Source: an uncultured Candidatus Saccharibacteria bacterium (GTDB lineage: Bacteria > Patescibacteriota > Saccharimonadia > QS-5-54-17). From it: 43,730 nucleotides of DNA. The DNA lies in NCBI GenBank assembly GCA_964638825.1, contig CAZXAD010000001.1:1-43730 (forward strand), written 5' to 3'. Numbering within the stretch: position 1 is the first letter of the stretch; each line of letters begins with the position of its first letter. The notes beneath the pieces are model-generated. The model saw only the letters and a program-made list of their open reading frames with translations, was not told where the DNA came from and made no database searches. Made by a program: the position numbers and the translations under genes. Positions 8,775 to 18,233 of this stretch are shown in pieces.

Positions 8775-9902
8775 TTAAAGCCGTTTCTTTTTACGGTGTT
8801 TGCGCAGTTCTTCCATTAGTTCCTTCTGTTTATTGGTCAATCGTTTCGGAATTGCCACGTTCACCGTTACCAAATGATCCCCGCGGGTATCCCCTCGTCC
8901 ATACGGCACACCGCTTCCCGCGATACGGAAAGTCTGTCCGTTCTGGGTTCCAGCCGGTATTTTCAGTTTCTTTTTCCCGTCTACCGTTTCAACTTCTATT
9001 TCGGTACCGAGTGCTGCATCGAACATATCGATCGTTTTCTCAGAAGTAATATCCTTGCCGCGACGGGTAAATTGTTTACTGGAACGTACCGATACATGGA
9101 CATACAGATCGCCTTTCCGCCCGCCTGATCCGCCAATGGGCGGCGCTTCGCCGCGTTCCTGTAAACGGATTGTAGCCCCATCATTGATTCCGGCAGGGAT
9201 TTTAACGTTTATCTGATGCCTGCTCCGTTTCGTTCCTTTGCCGCCGCATTCGCTGCATGCTTTTTCCGGAATCGAGCCGTGGCCATGGCAATCAGGACAG
9301 GTGGTAGCGTGTTGAATGGTGCCCAGCACAGTCCGCTGCGCCTGTATGACTTGTCCTTGGCCGCCACAGGTATCGCATGTCTTGGTACTGCTTCCCGGTT
9401 CTGCCATGGAACCTTCACACCGAGGGCACGTGTCTTCCAGGTTCAATGCGACCGTTTTTTCCGTACCGAAGACCGCTTCTTCGAAATCGATGGTTATTCT
9501 GGCTTCAACATCCCTGCCACGGCGGGTTTGTTGCCGGCGGCCACGTTGGGTGCCGCCTCCAAAAAAACTCCCGAAGATATCACCGAGATCCATGTCGCCC
9601 AAATCGAATTCAAATTGCTGGCCTCCGCCGAATCCACCGAACCCGAACGGATCAGCGCCCGCGCCGGCGCCGCCAGCACCTTGTGCCGACTGATACGCGT
9701 CATGCCCGAACCGGTCATAACTCTGGCGTTTCTGGGAATCGCTGAGCGTTTCGTAGGCTTCGCTGACCTCTTTGAACGTTTGTTCATCGCCGCCTTCTTT
9801 GTCCGGATGGTATTTGGCGGCTAATTTACGGTAGGCGCGCTTTATATCGTCCGCGGATGCATCTTTGGAAACTCCCAGAACTTCGTAATAGTCCTTTGCC
9901 AT
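8775..9902 (-). CDS. dnaJ: Molecular chaperone DnaJ (type I: J-domain, G/F region, four CxxCxGxG zinc motifs)
   Basis: DYYEVLGV...YHPD; G/F-rich linker; CPRCEG, CDTCGGQG, CPDCHGHG, CSECGGKG. Confidence 0.97.
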   Translation of the reverse strand: MAKDYYEVLGVSKDASADDIKRAYRKLAAKYHPDKEGGDEQTFKEVSEAYETLSDSQKRQSYDRFGHDAYQSAQGAGGAGAGADPFGFGGFGGGQQFEFDLGDMDLGDIFGSFFGGGTQRGRRQQTRRGRDVEARITIDFEEAVFGTEKTVALNLEDTCPRCEGSMAEPGSSTKTCDTCGGQGQVIQAQRTVLGTIQHATTCPDCHGHGSIPEKACSECGGKGTKRSRHQINVKIPAGINDGATIRLQERGEAPPIGGSGGRKGDLYVHVSVRSSKQFTRRGKDITSEKTIDMFDAALGTEIEVETVDGKKKLKIPAGTQNGQTFRIAGSGVPYGRGDTRGDHLVTVNVAIPKRLTNKQKELMEELRKHRKKKRL

Positions 9903-9947
9903 GGTTTACCTTGCTCTACCTATTTACGCCGGCCAACAGAGACCGCT

Positions 9948-11876
9948 TTATTTTTCATCGGTTTTGTTTTCCTCATCGTCGACCACTTCGCCTTCTTCTA
10001 CGTCGGATGGCTGCTCGGTTTCACCCTCGACTTCGGTTTCGGCCTTCTCCGCCTCTTCGGATGCCTCTTGTTGCACGTTTTCGTGCATTTTAGCACCGAT
10101 CGGCTGTATCTTGTCCAACAATTCCTGGGAAGCTTTTTCAAGGTCTTCTTTGCTCAGATCAGATTCAAGCTTTTCCTTGGCTTCCTTTACTGCTTCATCG
10201 AGCGTTTTTCCGTCTTCTTCTGAAAGTTGGTCTTTGTGGTCAGATTGCATCTTTTCGGCAGTGTAGATTGCCGTTTCAAGCTGGTTGCGAGCCTCGGCCT
10301 TTTCGCGTTTCTTCTTGTCTTCTTCGGAATGCGCTTCAGCGTCCTTGCGCATCTTTTCTACTTCTTCTTCTGAAAGGTTGCCGCTGTTTTCAATGGTAAT
10401 CGACTGCTCTTTTCCGGATGATTTGTCTTTGGCGCTCACGTTCAGAATGCCGTTCGCATCAATGTTAAAGGTGACTTCTACCTGGGGGACGCCGCGCGGA
10501 GCGGGAGGAATACCGTCAAGAATGAACCGCCCCAGCGATTTGTTATCGGCTGCCATTTCACGCTCACCCTGGAGAACATTGATCTCGACTGACGTCTGAT
10601 TATCGGCCGCGGTCGAGAACACTTGGCTTTTACTGGTCGGAACGGTGGTGTTGCGCTCGATCAATTTGGTCATGATGCCGCCTTCGGTCTCAATACCCAA
10701 TGACAAGGGAGTGACATCGAGCAAAAGCACGTCTTTGACATCTCCGCCGAGCACGCCCCCTTGGATAGCCGCACCCAGGGCTACTACCTCATCAGGATTA
10801 ACGCCCTTCAGCGGATCTTTGCCGAATATTTCCTTTACTTTCTCCTGGACTGCCGGCATGCGGGTCATTCCGCCCACCAAAATCACTTCGTTTACATCGT
10901 TCGCCTGGATGCCCGCGTCTTTCAAAGCGTCTTTGCAGGGTTTTTCGGTTTTGGCGATCAAATCGTTTACCAGCTGTTCCAATTTGGACCGGGTCAACTT
11001 GTATTCAAAATGCTTCGGTCCTTCAGTATCAGCGGTCAAGAACGGAAGATTGATATCGGTTTCTTTGGTGCTTGAGAGCTCCGTTTTGGCTTTTTCAGCC
11101 GCTTCTTTCAACCGCTGTACCGCAGCTTTATCTTCTGATATATCGATACCTTCCTGTTTTTTGAACTCCTCGATTAGGTGGTTCATGATGGTTAGGTCGA
11201 AATCTTCACCGCCCAGGTGCGTATCACCATGAGTGCTTTTCACCTCAAACACGCCGTCGCCAAGTTCCAGTATGGAAACATCGAACGTTCCCCCGCCAAG
11301 GTCGAATACGGCGATTTTCTCTTCTTCCTTTTTATCAAGGCCGTAGGCCAATGCGGCAGCTGTTGGCTCGTTGATAATCCGTTTTACTTCGAAGCCGGCG
11401 ATTTTGCCAGCATCTTTCGTGGCCTGGCGCTGGGAGTCGTCGAAATAGGCCGGCACTGTGATAACCGCTTCGTTTATCGTCTCGCCGACATATTCCTCGG
11501 CATCGGTTTTCAGTTTCTTAAGAACCATGGCTGAAATTTCTTCGGGGCTGTAATCCTTATCGCCCATGGTAACCTTTACGCCGTCATCGGCTTTATTGAT
11601 CGCATACGGCATCAGTTTAATGTCGCGCTGCACTTCTTCATCGTCGAACTTACGTCCGATTAAACGTTTGGCTCCATGGATAGTATTCTCCGAATTGACG
11701 ACTGCCTGACGTTTGGCCATTTGCCCTACGAGCCGTTCGCCGTTTTTATTTACGGCTACTACGCTCGGAGTAGTCCGGTTGCCTTCGGCGTTGGAAATAA
11801 CCGTGGCATTTCCGCCTTCCATGATTGCCATGGCTGAATTAGTTGTTCCTAGATCGATACCTAAAATTTTACCCAT
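9948..11876 (-). CDS. dnaK: Molecular chaperone DnaK (Hsp70)
   Basis: [30 protein letters not shown]; acidic C-terminal tail. The start ATG shares one base with the grpE stop (TAATG). Confidence 0.98.
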   Translation of the reverse strand: MGKILGIDLGTTNSAMAIMEGGNATVISNAEGNRTTPSVVAVNKNGERLVGQMAKRQAVVNSENTIHGAKRLIGRKFDDEEVQRDIKLMPYAINKADDGVKVTMGDKDYSPEEISAMVLKKLKTDAEEYVGETINEAVITVPAYFDDSQRQATKDAGKIAGFEVKRIINEPTAAALAYGLDKKEEEKIAVFDLGGGTFDVSILELGDGVFEVKSTHGDTHLGGEDFDLTIMNHLIEEFKKQEGIDISEDKAAVQRLKEAAEKAKTELSSTKETDINLPFLTADTEGPKHFEYKLTRSKLEQLVNDLIAKTEKPCKDALKDAGIQANDVNEVILVGGMTRMPAVQEKVKEIFGKDPLKGVNPDEVVALGAAIQGGVLGGDVKDVLLLDVTPLSLGIETEGGIMTKLIERNTTVPTSKSQVFSTAADNQTSVEINVLQGEREMAADNKSLGRFILDGIPPAPRGVPQVEVTFNIDANGILNVSAKDKSSGKEQSITIENSGNLSEEEVEKMRKDAEAHSEEDKKKREKAEARNQLETAIYTAEKMQSDHKDQLSEEDGKTLDEAVKEAKEKLESDLSKEDLEKASQELLDKIQPIGAKMHENVQQEASEEAEKAETEVEGETEQPSDVEEGEVVDDEENKTDEK

Positions 11877-12484
11877 TATTCTTCCTCCTTATTCTCTTGT
11901 TCTTCTTTAGATTGCTCATTATTGTCCGTTGGCCGGGATTGCTCGGATGGATTACCTACCTTCACCATTGCCGGACGCACAACGGTATCATTCAATGTGT
12001 ATCCGGTACGCAATACTTCCGTAACAATCTCATCATTGCCATCACCCTCTTCGAACTCAACAGCCTCATGGAGTTGTGGATCAAACGGTTGGTGTAATGC
12101 ATCGATTCTCGCTACTCCCATGTCGTTCATTTTCTCCTGTGCCTGTTCATACACTTTTCCGACTCCTTGAGCCCACGGGTTACCGCGTAACTCTTCGGGT
12201 ACATGCGATAACGCGCGTTCCAAATCATCAAATAATGGGAGAAGCTGGGTGATGACTTCCGACCTCGCCCGGGAAAGGATTTGTTCCTTCTCCGATTCCA
12301 TCCGGCGTTGATAGTTCGCAAAATCAGACCGCTCCCGTTGCAGGTCATGAGTCAAATCTTCCACTTGCTGCTTTAGATCAGCCACTTTCTTCGTGTCGCG
12401 CTTACCCTTTGACTGTCCGGACCGCGGTTGCTTCTGTTCTTCCTCCGCTTGCTGCTGAGTCTTCTCGACGTCTTCCTCACTCAT
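11876..12484 (-). CDS. grpE: Nucleotide exchange factor GrpE
   Basis: [15 protein letters not shown]...[12 protein letters not shown]...FDPQLHEAV...[16 protein letters not shown]. Sits between hrcA and dnaK; 8-nt overlap with hrcA. Confidence 0.93.
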   Translation of the reverse strand: MSEEDVEKTQQQAEEEQKQPRSGQSKGKRDTKKVADLKQQVEDLTHDLQRERSDFANYQRRMESEKEQILSRARSEVITQLLPLFDDLERALSHVPEELRGNPWAQGVGKVYEQAQEKMNDMGVARIDALHQPFDPQLHEAVEFEEGDGNDEIVTEVLRTGYTLNDTVVRPAMVKVGNPSEQSRPTDNNEQSKEEQENKEEE

Positions 12485-13178
12485 GTAAAACCTCCTCTAA
12501 TGTGCGCGCACTATGTTCAATGATGCGCATTACGTTACCGTAGCTTTGGCGGGTCGATCCAACGACTCCTACATAATTGGTAGTACTATACGGAGAAATG
12601 TATCCGGACACTATTACCGCACATCCGCTTGATTTCCCTACGGCATTTTCTTCGCCGATAAAGGCCTCGGCCGTATGGCCGGGGCGCATCTCCTGGAGCC
12701 ATGCTTCCAAGTTATCCAGCAATCCGGCAATTTCGCCGACACTATCGGCGAATTCCGGTTGATGGAATAATTGGGAAAATCCTTTGGTATACATGGCCTC
12801 CCCCATAGTAGCGAACGCTACATTGCGGGTCGCGTGTACAAGCGAGTCTACCGTTACCTTAATCGCTGCCTGCGGAGACCCGGCATTGTGAATGCGTCGT
12901 TCGATCGCTTTTCGGGTACGCGTTGTCGCATCGAGTTTATGCTGTGGTCCCGTAAGCGATTCCACATAGAACCGGTACCCTTTCTCCGTCGGTATACGGC
13001 CGGCACTCGTATATGGATGCGTAATATGTCCCGCCTGTTCCAAGCTGGCCATTTCAGCCCTGATAGTCGCAGGCGACACACCGTACTGATCGGCAAGCAC
13101 CTGTGAGCTTATGGGGGTAGCAGCTTGCACGTAATACTCAACAATGGTTTTTAAAATACGTTCTTGACGCACTGTCAT
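12477..13178 (-). CDS. hrcA: Heat-inducible transcription repressor HrcA (unusually short, about 233 aa)
   Basis: N-terminal wHTH RQERILKTIVEYYVQAATPISSQVLA...VSPATIRAEMASLEQAG, and a C-terminal GVVGSTRQSYGNVMRII block typical of HrcA. The ATG at 13178 lies 5 nt after GAGGTGG. The track GTG at 13187 overlaps that RBS and was rejected. Confidence 0.88.
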   Translation of the reverse strand: MTVRQERILKTIVEYYVQAATPISSQVLADQYGVSPATIRAEMASLEQAGHITHPYTSAGRIPTEKGYRFYVESLTGPQHKLDATTRTRKAIERRIHNAGSPQAAIKVTVDSLVHATRNVAFATMGEAMYTKGFSQLFHQPEFADSVGEIAGLLDNLEAWLQEMRPGHTAEAFIGEENAVGKSSGCAVIVSGYISPYSTTNYVGVVGSTRQSYGNVMRIIEHSARTLEEVLHE

Positions 13179-13197
13179 GCGAACCACCTCTATGGCA

Positions 13198-13224
13198 ATA
13201 GCACTGTGCTATTATGAGTGCTAA
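13198..13224. promoter_or_regulatory. CIRCE operator 1 (aTAGCACTg-N9-GAGTGCTAA)
   Basis: Matches the CIRCE consensus TTAGCACTC-N9-GAGTGCTAA at 16/18 arm positions; 20 nt upstream of the hrcA ATG. Confidence 0.8.
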
Positions 13225-13243
13225 CACTTTAATAATAAAAAGT

Positions 13244-13270
13244 TTAGCACTCAAACGTCAAGAGTGCCAA
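13244..13270. promoter_or_regulatory. CIRCE operator 2 (TTAGCACTC-N9-GAGTGCcAA)
   Basis: 17/18 arm positions match the consensus with exact 9-nt spacing; 4 nt downstream of the gmk stop, so it may also act as the gmk terminator hairpin. Confidence 0.85.
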
Positions 13271-13273
13271 CTT

Positions 13274-13861
13274 CTATTGTACTATAATTTTTTCGACTTC
13301 GGAAACAGCTTTCTCTAGATCGTCGTTGGTAATAACGTAATCATACCTATCAGGACCGATTCGCATTTCCTCGTCAGCTGTTTTCAGCCGTGTTTCAATA
13401 GCAAGTTCAGTATCGATATTGCGATTCAACATACGTTCACGTAATGCTTCCTTGTTGGGTGGCTGTATAAAAATTAACACAGTATCTTCATATTTTTGCT
13501 TAACGGCCAAACCGCCATGCACATCTATTACTAGTAATACGTGCCTGCCTTCTTGAAGTTTTTCTTCCACTGGTTTCTGTAGCGTCCCATACCAGGTGCC
13601 ATGTACTTGAGCATATTCTAAAAATTCGTTATTGCGGAACTTGGCCTTGAAATCTGCTTCACTCACAAAATAATAGTCAAATCCCGGCACTTCTCCTCTG
13701 CGCGGATTACGAGTGGTGATACTGATTGAACGCCATACGTTATCATTTCGTTTCGCTATTTCATCGCCAATTGTCGAATGTCCTGAGCCGCCCGGACCTG
13801 AAAGCACATACAGCTTTCCTTTTTGGGGCGGTGACTTGGAGAATTTAGAGAAAATGGACAT
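13274..13861 (-). CDS. gmk: Guanylate kinase
   Basis: P-loop GPGGSGHST; SITTRNPRRGEVPGFDYYFVS; EYAQVHGTWYGT. Confidence 0.9.
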   Translation of the reverse strand: MSIFSKFSKSPPQKGKLYVLSGPGGSGHSTIGDEIAKRNDNVWRSISITTRNPRRGEVPGFDYYFVSEADFKAKFRNNEFLEYAQVHGTWYGTLQKPVEEKLQEGRHVLLVIDVHGGLAVKQKYEDTVLIFIQPPNKEALRERMLNRNIDTELAIETRLKTADEEMRIGPDRYDYVITNDDLEKAVSEVEKIIVQ

Positions 13862-13961
13862 AGCTTTCCTGTATTGTATAAGCCCTGAGGTAGCATGTAC
13901 AATTTTGTTTCATTTTATACGTTGAGCGAGTGCATGCGGCCGATTTTGCTACCATAGAAGT

Positions 13962-14564
13962 ATGTCGGATACCCGTATCGAACGACTGGTGTTAGGAGGG
14001 TTGGATAATAATGTCTGGATTATAGTAGACAGCGGCGAGTCTCTCATCATCGATGCCTCGTTTGAGGCCGCGTCCATCGCGGCGAAAATCTCGGAGACAA
14101 CCTCGAAAGGCATCGCTATAACCCACGGGCACTTCGATCATATTAATGCTGCCGATGAATTACGAAAACAAACGAATACTCCGATATACCTTCACTCCGA
14201 AGACAAACCCTTATGGCGCCAGCAATACTCGAACGCAGAGCCTGACCACTCTCTTCAGGACGAAGAAAAGCTGCATGCAGGAGATACGCATGTGCGCATA
14301 CTGCACACTCCGGGCCACACTCCGGGAAGCGTGTGTTACTACGTTGAAACACTTAATACCGTGTTCACCGGTGACACTTTATTCCCCGGCGGACCGGGTG
14401 CCACCCGGTGGGATTATTCAGATTTTACTCAGATAATTGAATCGATTCGCACGAAACTGTTTACGTTACCTGATAATACGCAGGTACTTCCCGGCCATGG
14501 CGAACCCACCACCATCGGAGCTGAAAAACCCAAACTCCAAGAGTGGATTAAGCGCGGATGGTAA
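13962..14564 (+). CDS. MBL-fold metallo-hydrolase (glyoxalase II-like)
   Basis: THGHFDH metal motif, HTPGHTPGS, and GDTLFPGG...LPGHG downstream. Confidence 0.85.
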   Translation: MSDTRIERLVLGGLDNNVWIIVDSGESLIIDASFEAASIAAKISETTSKGIAITHGHFDHINAADELRKQTNTPIYLHSEDKPLWRQQYSNAEPDHSLQDEEKLHAGDTHVRILHTPGHTPGSVCYYVETLNTVFTGDTLFPGGPGATRWDYSDFTQIIESIRTKLFTLPDNTQVLPGHGEPTTIGAEKPKLQEWIKRGW

Positions 14565-14598
14565 ACTAAAAAATCGTCTTTAAAGAAGTGTAAGCAGA

Positions 14599-16389
14599 TT
14601 ATTCGTCTTTTTTGAGTAACACGGTAAACGCTTCCGGCGGTATCTCTACTCTCCCCATGTTCTTCATGCGTTTTTTCCCTTCCTTTTGTTTCTTCAAAAG
14701 TTTCTGTTTCCGCGTCACGTCTCCCCCGTATAGTTTCGCGGTTACGTTCTTTCCGAGCGGCTTAATGTCATCCCGGGCCAGTATCTTACCTCCGATTGCT
14801 GCCTGCAAACTTACCTCATACATATGTCGCGGAATTACTTCTTTAAGCCGGCTGATAGTATCACGGCCCGCGTCATACGCTTCATTGCGGTGAACGATCC
14901 GGCTTAGCGAATCTACTATATCGCCGTCTATTAAAATATCCAGGCGCACTAAGTCTTCACTGTAATATCCGGCTGGCTCGTAACTGAATGATCCATACCC
15001 GCTGGTCGTACTCTTTAACCGATCGTAAAAATCGGTTAACACATTGGCGAGCGGCGCTTTAAACGTAAGCAATGCGGTATATTCTTCCGGATAACTAATG
15101 CTTTCTTGTTGACCGCGTATGGAATTAATAAGACCGATTACATTACCGACGTACTCTTTGGTAACCAATATCTCTCCTTTGATCCATGGCTCCTTAATAT
15201 CGGAAATATTGGTCGGATCGGGCAGTTCGCTGGCAGAGCGGATCAATTCCGTATCACCTGAATTATAGGTTACCTCGTAATCAGTAGATGGATTGGTGAC
15301 TACCAGCTCCATATCAGATTCCCGTTCCAGGCGTTCTTTCACGATTTCCAGATGAAGCAACCCGAGAAACCCGATCCGAAAACCAAACCCGAGAACATGG
15401 GAATTTTCAGGAGTAAACTGCAAAGCTGCATCATTGAGCTGCAGTTTTTCCAAAGCATACTTGAGCGGCTGGTATTGTTCTCCCGAAGCAGGGTAAAATC
15501 CGGCAAATACGAACGGTTTTACCACTTTGTATCCGGGTAATGGTTCCGGAGCTGGATGGTGTTTCGCCGTCACCGTATCGCCCACCTGCGCCTCGCGCAC
15601 CGATTTGTACCGCGTTACGACATATCCGATTTGTCCTGAATATAAGGAATCAACGATAATCGGAGCGGGTCGGAAAACACCGATCTCCGTCGCTTCGCTC
15701 TGTTTACCGCTCCCCAAAAGGGTGATGCCGGTATTGGTTGTCAGCGCTCCGTCGACAATGCGCACATACAGTATTACCCCTCTGTACTCATCGTAAATCG
15801 AATCGAATATTAACCCTCTGAGGGGCGCATCTTCCGCGCCGGAAGGCGGCGGAATTTGTTCTGCTAATGCGTCCAATATGCTTTCGACGCCCTTGCCGGT
15901 TTTGGCCGATATGCGCAGGACATCTTCCGGAGCACATCCGAGCAAATTGGCTAATTCGTTCGCCACTTGATCCGGCTGGGCGGCCGGGAGATCGATTTTA
16001 TTAACGACAGGGATAATTTCCAGATCGGCCTCGATCGCTAAATACATATTGGCGAGCGTCTGGGCTTCAATGCCTTGGGCGGCATCGACCACGAGAATCG
16101 CTCCTTCGGCGGCAGCCAAACTCCGTGCCACTTCATAACTGAAATCCACATGCCCGGGAGTATCGATCAAATTCAGTTCATAATTTTTCCACCGCATACT
16201 CACCGGTTGCAGCTTGATCGTGATACCTCTCTCTCGCTCCAACTCCATTTGGTCAAGTAGTTGCTCCTGCATTTCCCGCTGCTGCACCGTTTCGGTAAGC
16301 TCCAGCATACGGTCAGCCAAAGTCGATTTGCCATGATCGATATGAGCGATAATACAGAAGTTTCGTATGTTTGATTGATTTATTTCCAC
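14599..16389 (-). CDS. lepA: Translation elongation factor 4 (LepA)
   Basis: IRNFCIIAHIDHGKSTLADR, DTPGHVDF, NKIDL, and the C-terminal LepA-specific region ending GRVEIPPEAF. GTG start 7 nt after GGAGG. Confidence 0.96.
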   Translation of the reverse strand: MEINQSNIRNFCIIAHIDHGKSTLADRMLELTETVQQREMQEQLLDQMELERERGITIKLQPVSMRWKNYELNLIDTPGHVDFSYEVARSLAAAEGAILVVDAAQGIEAQTLANMYLAIEADLEIIPVVNKIDLPAAQPDQVANELANLLGCAPEDVLRISAKTGKGVESILDALAEQIPPPSGAEDAPLRGLIFDSIYDEYRGVILYVRIVDGALTTNTGITLLGSGKQSEATEIGVFRPAPIIVDSLYSGQIGYVVTRYKSVREAQVGDTVTAKHHPAPEPLPGYKVVKPFVFAGFYPASGEQYQPLKYALEKLQLNDAALQFTPENSHVLGFGFRIGFLGLLHLEIVKERLERESDMELVVTNPSTDYEVTYNSGDTELIRSASELPDPTNISDIKEPWIKGEILVTKEYVGNVIGLINSIRGQQESISYPEEYTALLTFKAPLANVLTDFYDRLKSTTSGYGSFSYEPAGYYSEDLVRLDILIDGDIVDSLSRIVHRNEAYDAGRDTISRLKEVIPRHMYEVSLQAAIGGKILARDDIKPLGKNVTAKLYGGDVTRKQKLLKKQKEGKKRMKNMGRVEIPPEAFTVLLKKDE

Positions 16390-16410
16390 TCTCTATCCTC
16401 CGTATATATA

Positions 16411-16433
16411 ACAAAAACGGGAGCGAAACCCCG
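16411..16433 (-). terminator. Weak terminator/attenuator-like hairpin plus T5 between murJ and lepA
   Basis: The minus strand reads CGGGGTTTCGCTCCCG followed by TTTTTGTT, about 25 nt before the lepA RBS. The stem is only 4-5 bp. Confidence 0.3.
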
Positions 16434-16573
16434 CACCTCCGCCAGCCGACGGATGGTGCTGCGGTGGGCGATAATACAGAAATTGCGGATGTGAGATTGC
16501 TGTTGTTTTACCGACACACGTGTATTCCTTGTACTTATCTACGTCGCTATTACTTTGGCTCGTATTGTGTATT

Positions 16574-18154
16574 CTATCCTAATGGTACACGTTTAAACAT
16601 GATACGTTTCAACCGGGTGCTTACATTTACCGCTTCGGGGAGATGGAACCTTGTTCCGATTAGCACGTAGACAGCAAAGCTAATAAGCACGATTGCGCTG
16701 AACTTCGGTGCCAGAGTAAAGAAACCGGTTTCCCCGGCCAGTAACGGAAATACGTACCGTACCAGCACATAGGTAACTCCCGTCATTAAAGCCGCACTGA
16801 TAACAGTCTTCAATATATTCATTAAAAACTCTCTGTTGAAGAAAAATCCGAGCCGTCGGACCAAGATGACAAACAGGAACGATACTTCGATTACCGCCAC
16901 GATAGATTGTGCCATGGCCAGTCCGACCACTCCGAACGTATGCGCCAACATAAGCGCCAGGATAATGTTAAGAATAATAGCAATGATGCTGGCATATAGA
17001 GGGGTTTTCGTGTCCTGCTGGGCATAAAAAATCCGGGTTACCAGACGCAGGAGCGTTTGGAAAAGTATCGCTAAGGCGAACCATCCTAAAATATTGGCAA
17101 TTGTCGTATCCCCGAATCCGAGCAGCAAACGGACAATGTATCCGCGGAGTATTACGATAGCCGCAGCGGTCGGAATGGCGAACCACAGAATCGCCCGGGC
17201 CACTTCACGGATTTCTTTTTTGAGTAAATCAGTCCGGGTGCCAAGCGCCCGGCTGGATATTGACGGAAATGCCGCAGTCGCGATCGCGGTCCCGATCAAC
17301 GTAATAGGATAATTCTTTAAGCCGAACGCGAATTGATACGACGCGATAGCACCGACGCTCAATCCTGACGCAATAGCGCGCTCGATCAAGGCGATCAAAT
17401 GCTCGATTCCTTCATCGATCGACCGGGGAACGATCAAACGGATTACTTTACGGAACCCGTGATTGCGCCAGAAAACGTGCGGTTTATAGGTGAACCCGAG
17501 CCCCTGTAAGCCCATTATTTGTATCCCCATTTGAGCGATCGCCCCGATGACGACGCCGTAGGCCACTCCGTAAATCCCGTACCATTCACTTAAGTACACT
17601 ATGCCGAAAATAATGCCCAGGTTATATATAACCGGCGCCAAAGCGAAAAAGAAAAACCGGCCGAATGCCTGCTGGATAGTACCGAATACGCTAGATAGAG
17701 AAAAGAAAAACGGATTCAAAGCAAGAATACGCATAATATTGACAGCGATTTCGTGCCGCGTCTCACCAAAACTGGGAGCGATCACACTAATAATCGGGCT
17801 GGCGAATATGAAAATTGCTATGCTGGCTACCAGAGTTAGTATCGCCAGCACATTGATTAAGCTGGAGGCGACTTCCCAGGCGGATTTTTTATTGTGGTGT
17901 TGCAACCGTTCGTTCAGAACAGGGAGCAACGTAACTACTAAGGCGCCCGAAACCAAGATAAAGAATAGAAGATCCGGCAAAGAAAAAGCAGCGAAATAGG
18001 CATCAAGCGTGCCGGATACCCCGAACCGCGCGGCTAACAAGCGATCGCGCAACAATCCGAATATACCGCTCAATAAGTAGCCGCCCGATAATACGGCGGC
18101 TGCTGTCGTAATAGTTAATGACCGGTTTGCGCGCTTTAAGACTTTATTTACCAT
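16574..18154 (-). CDS. murJ: Lipid II flippase MurJ (MVIN/MOP family)
   Basis: 526 aa and about 14 TM segments. N-terminal LSGIFGLLRDRLLAARFGVSGTLDAYFAAFSLPDLLF is the typical MurJ signature. Confidence 0.9.
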   Translation of the reverse strand: MVNKVLKRANRSLTITTAAAVLSGGYLLSGIFGLLRDRLLAARFGVSGTLDAYFAAFSLPDLLFFILVSGALVVTLLPVLNERLQHHNKKSAWEVASSLINVLAILTLVASIAIFIFASPIISVIAPSFGETRHEIAVNIMRILALNPFFFSLSSVFGTIQQAFGRFFFFALAPVIYNLGIIFGIVYLSEWYGIYGVAYGVVIGAIAQMGIQIMGLQGLGFTYKPHVFWRNHGFRKVIRLIVPRSIDEGIEHLIALIERAIASGLSVGAIASYQFAFGLKNYPITLIGTAIATAAFPSISSRALGTRTDLLKKEIREVARAILWFAIPTAAAIVILRGYIVRLLLGFGDTTIANILGWFALAILFQTLLRLVTRIFYAQQDTKTPLYASIIAIILNIILALMLAHTFGVVGLAMAQSIVAVIEVSFLFVILVRRLGFFFNREFLMNILKTVISAALMTGVTYVLVRYVFPLLAGETGFFTLAPKFSAIVLISFAVYVLIGTRFHLPEAVNVSTRLKRIMFKRVPLG

Positions 18155-18233
18155 GTGTTCGCTCTTAATGCAGTATTATGCCACCTCACACGCTGTTCGG
18201 GCAATCAAAAACCGGATTTTTTTATCACAACTA

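Noticed and set aside
9216-11232. Long plus-strand ORFs (202 aa, 195 aa and others) inside dnaJ and dnaK
   Set aside because: They are antisense to unambiguous chaperone genes, Pro/Ser/Arg-rich and low complexity. This is the typical shadow-ORF pattern.
14565-14598. Bidirectional terminator expected between the convergent MBL-fold gene and lepA
   Set aside because: Only a weak AT palindrome (tctttaaaga) is present, which is not convincing.
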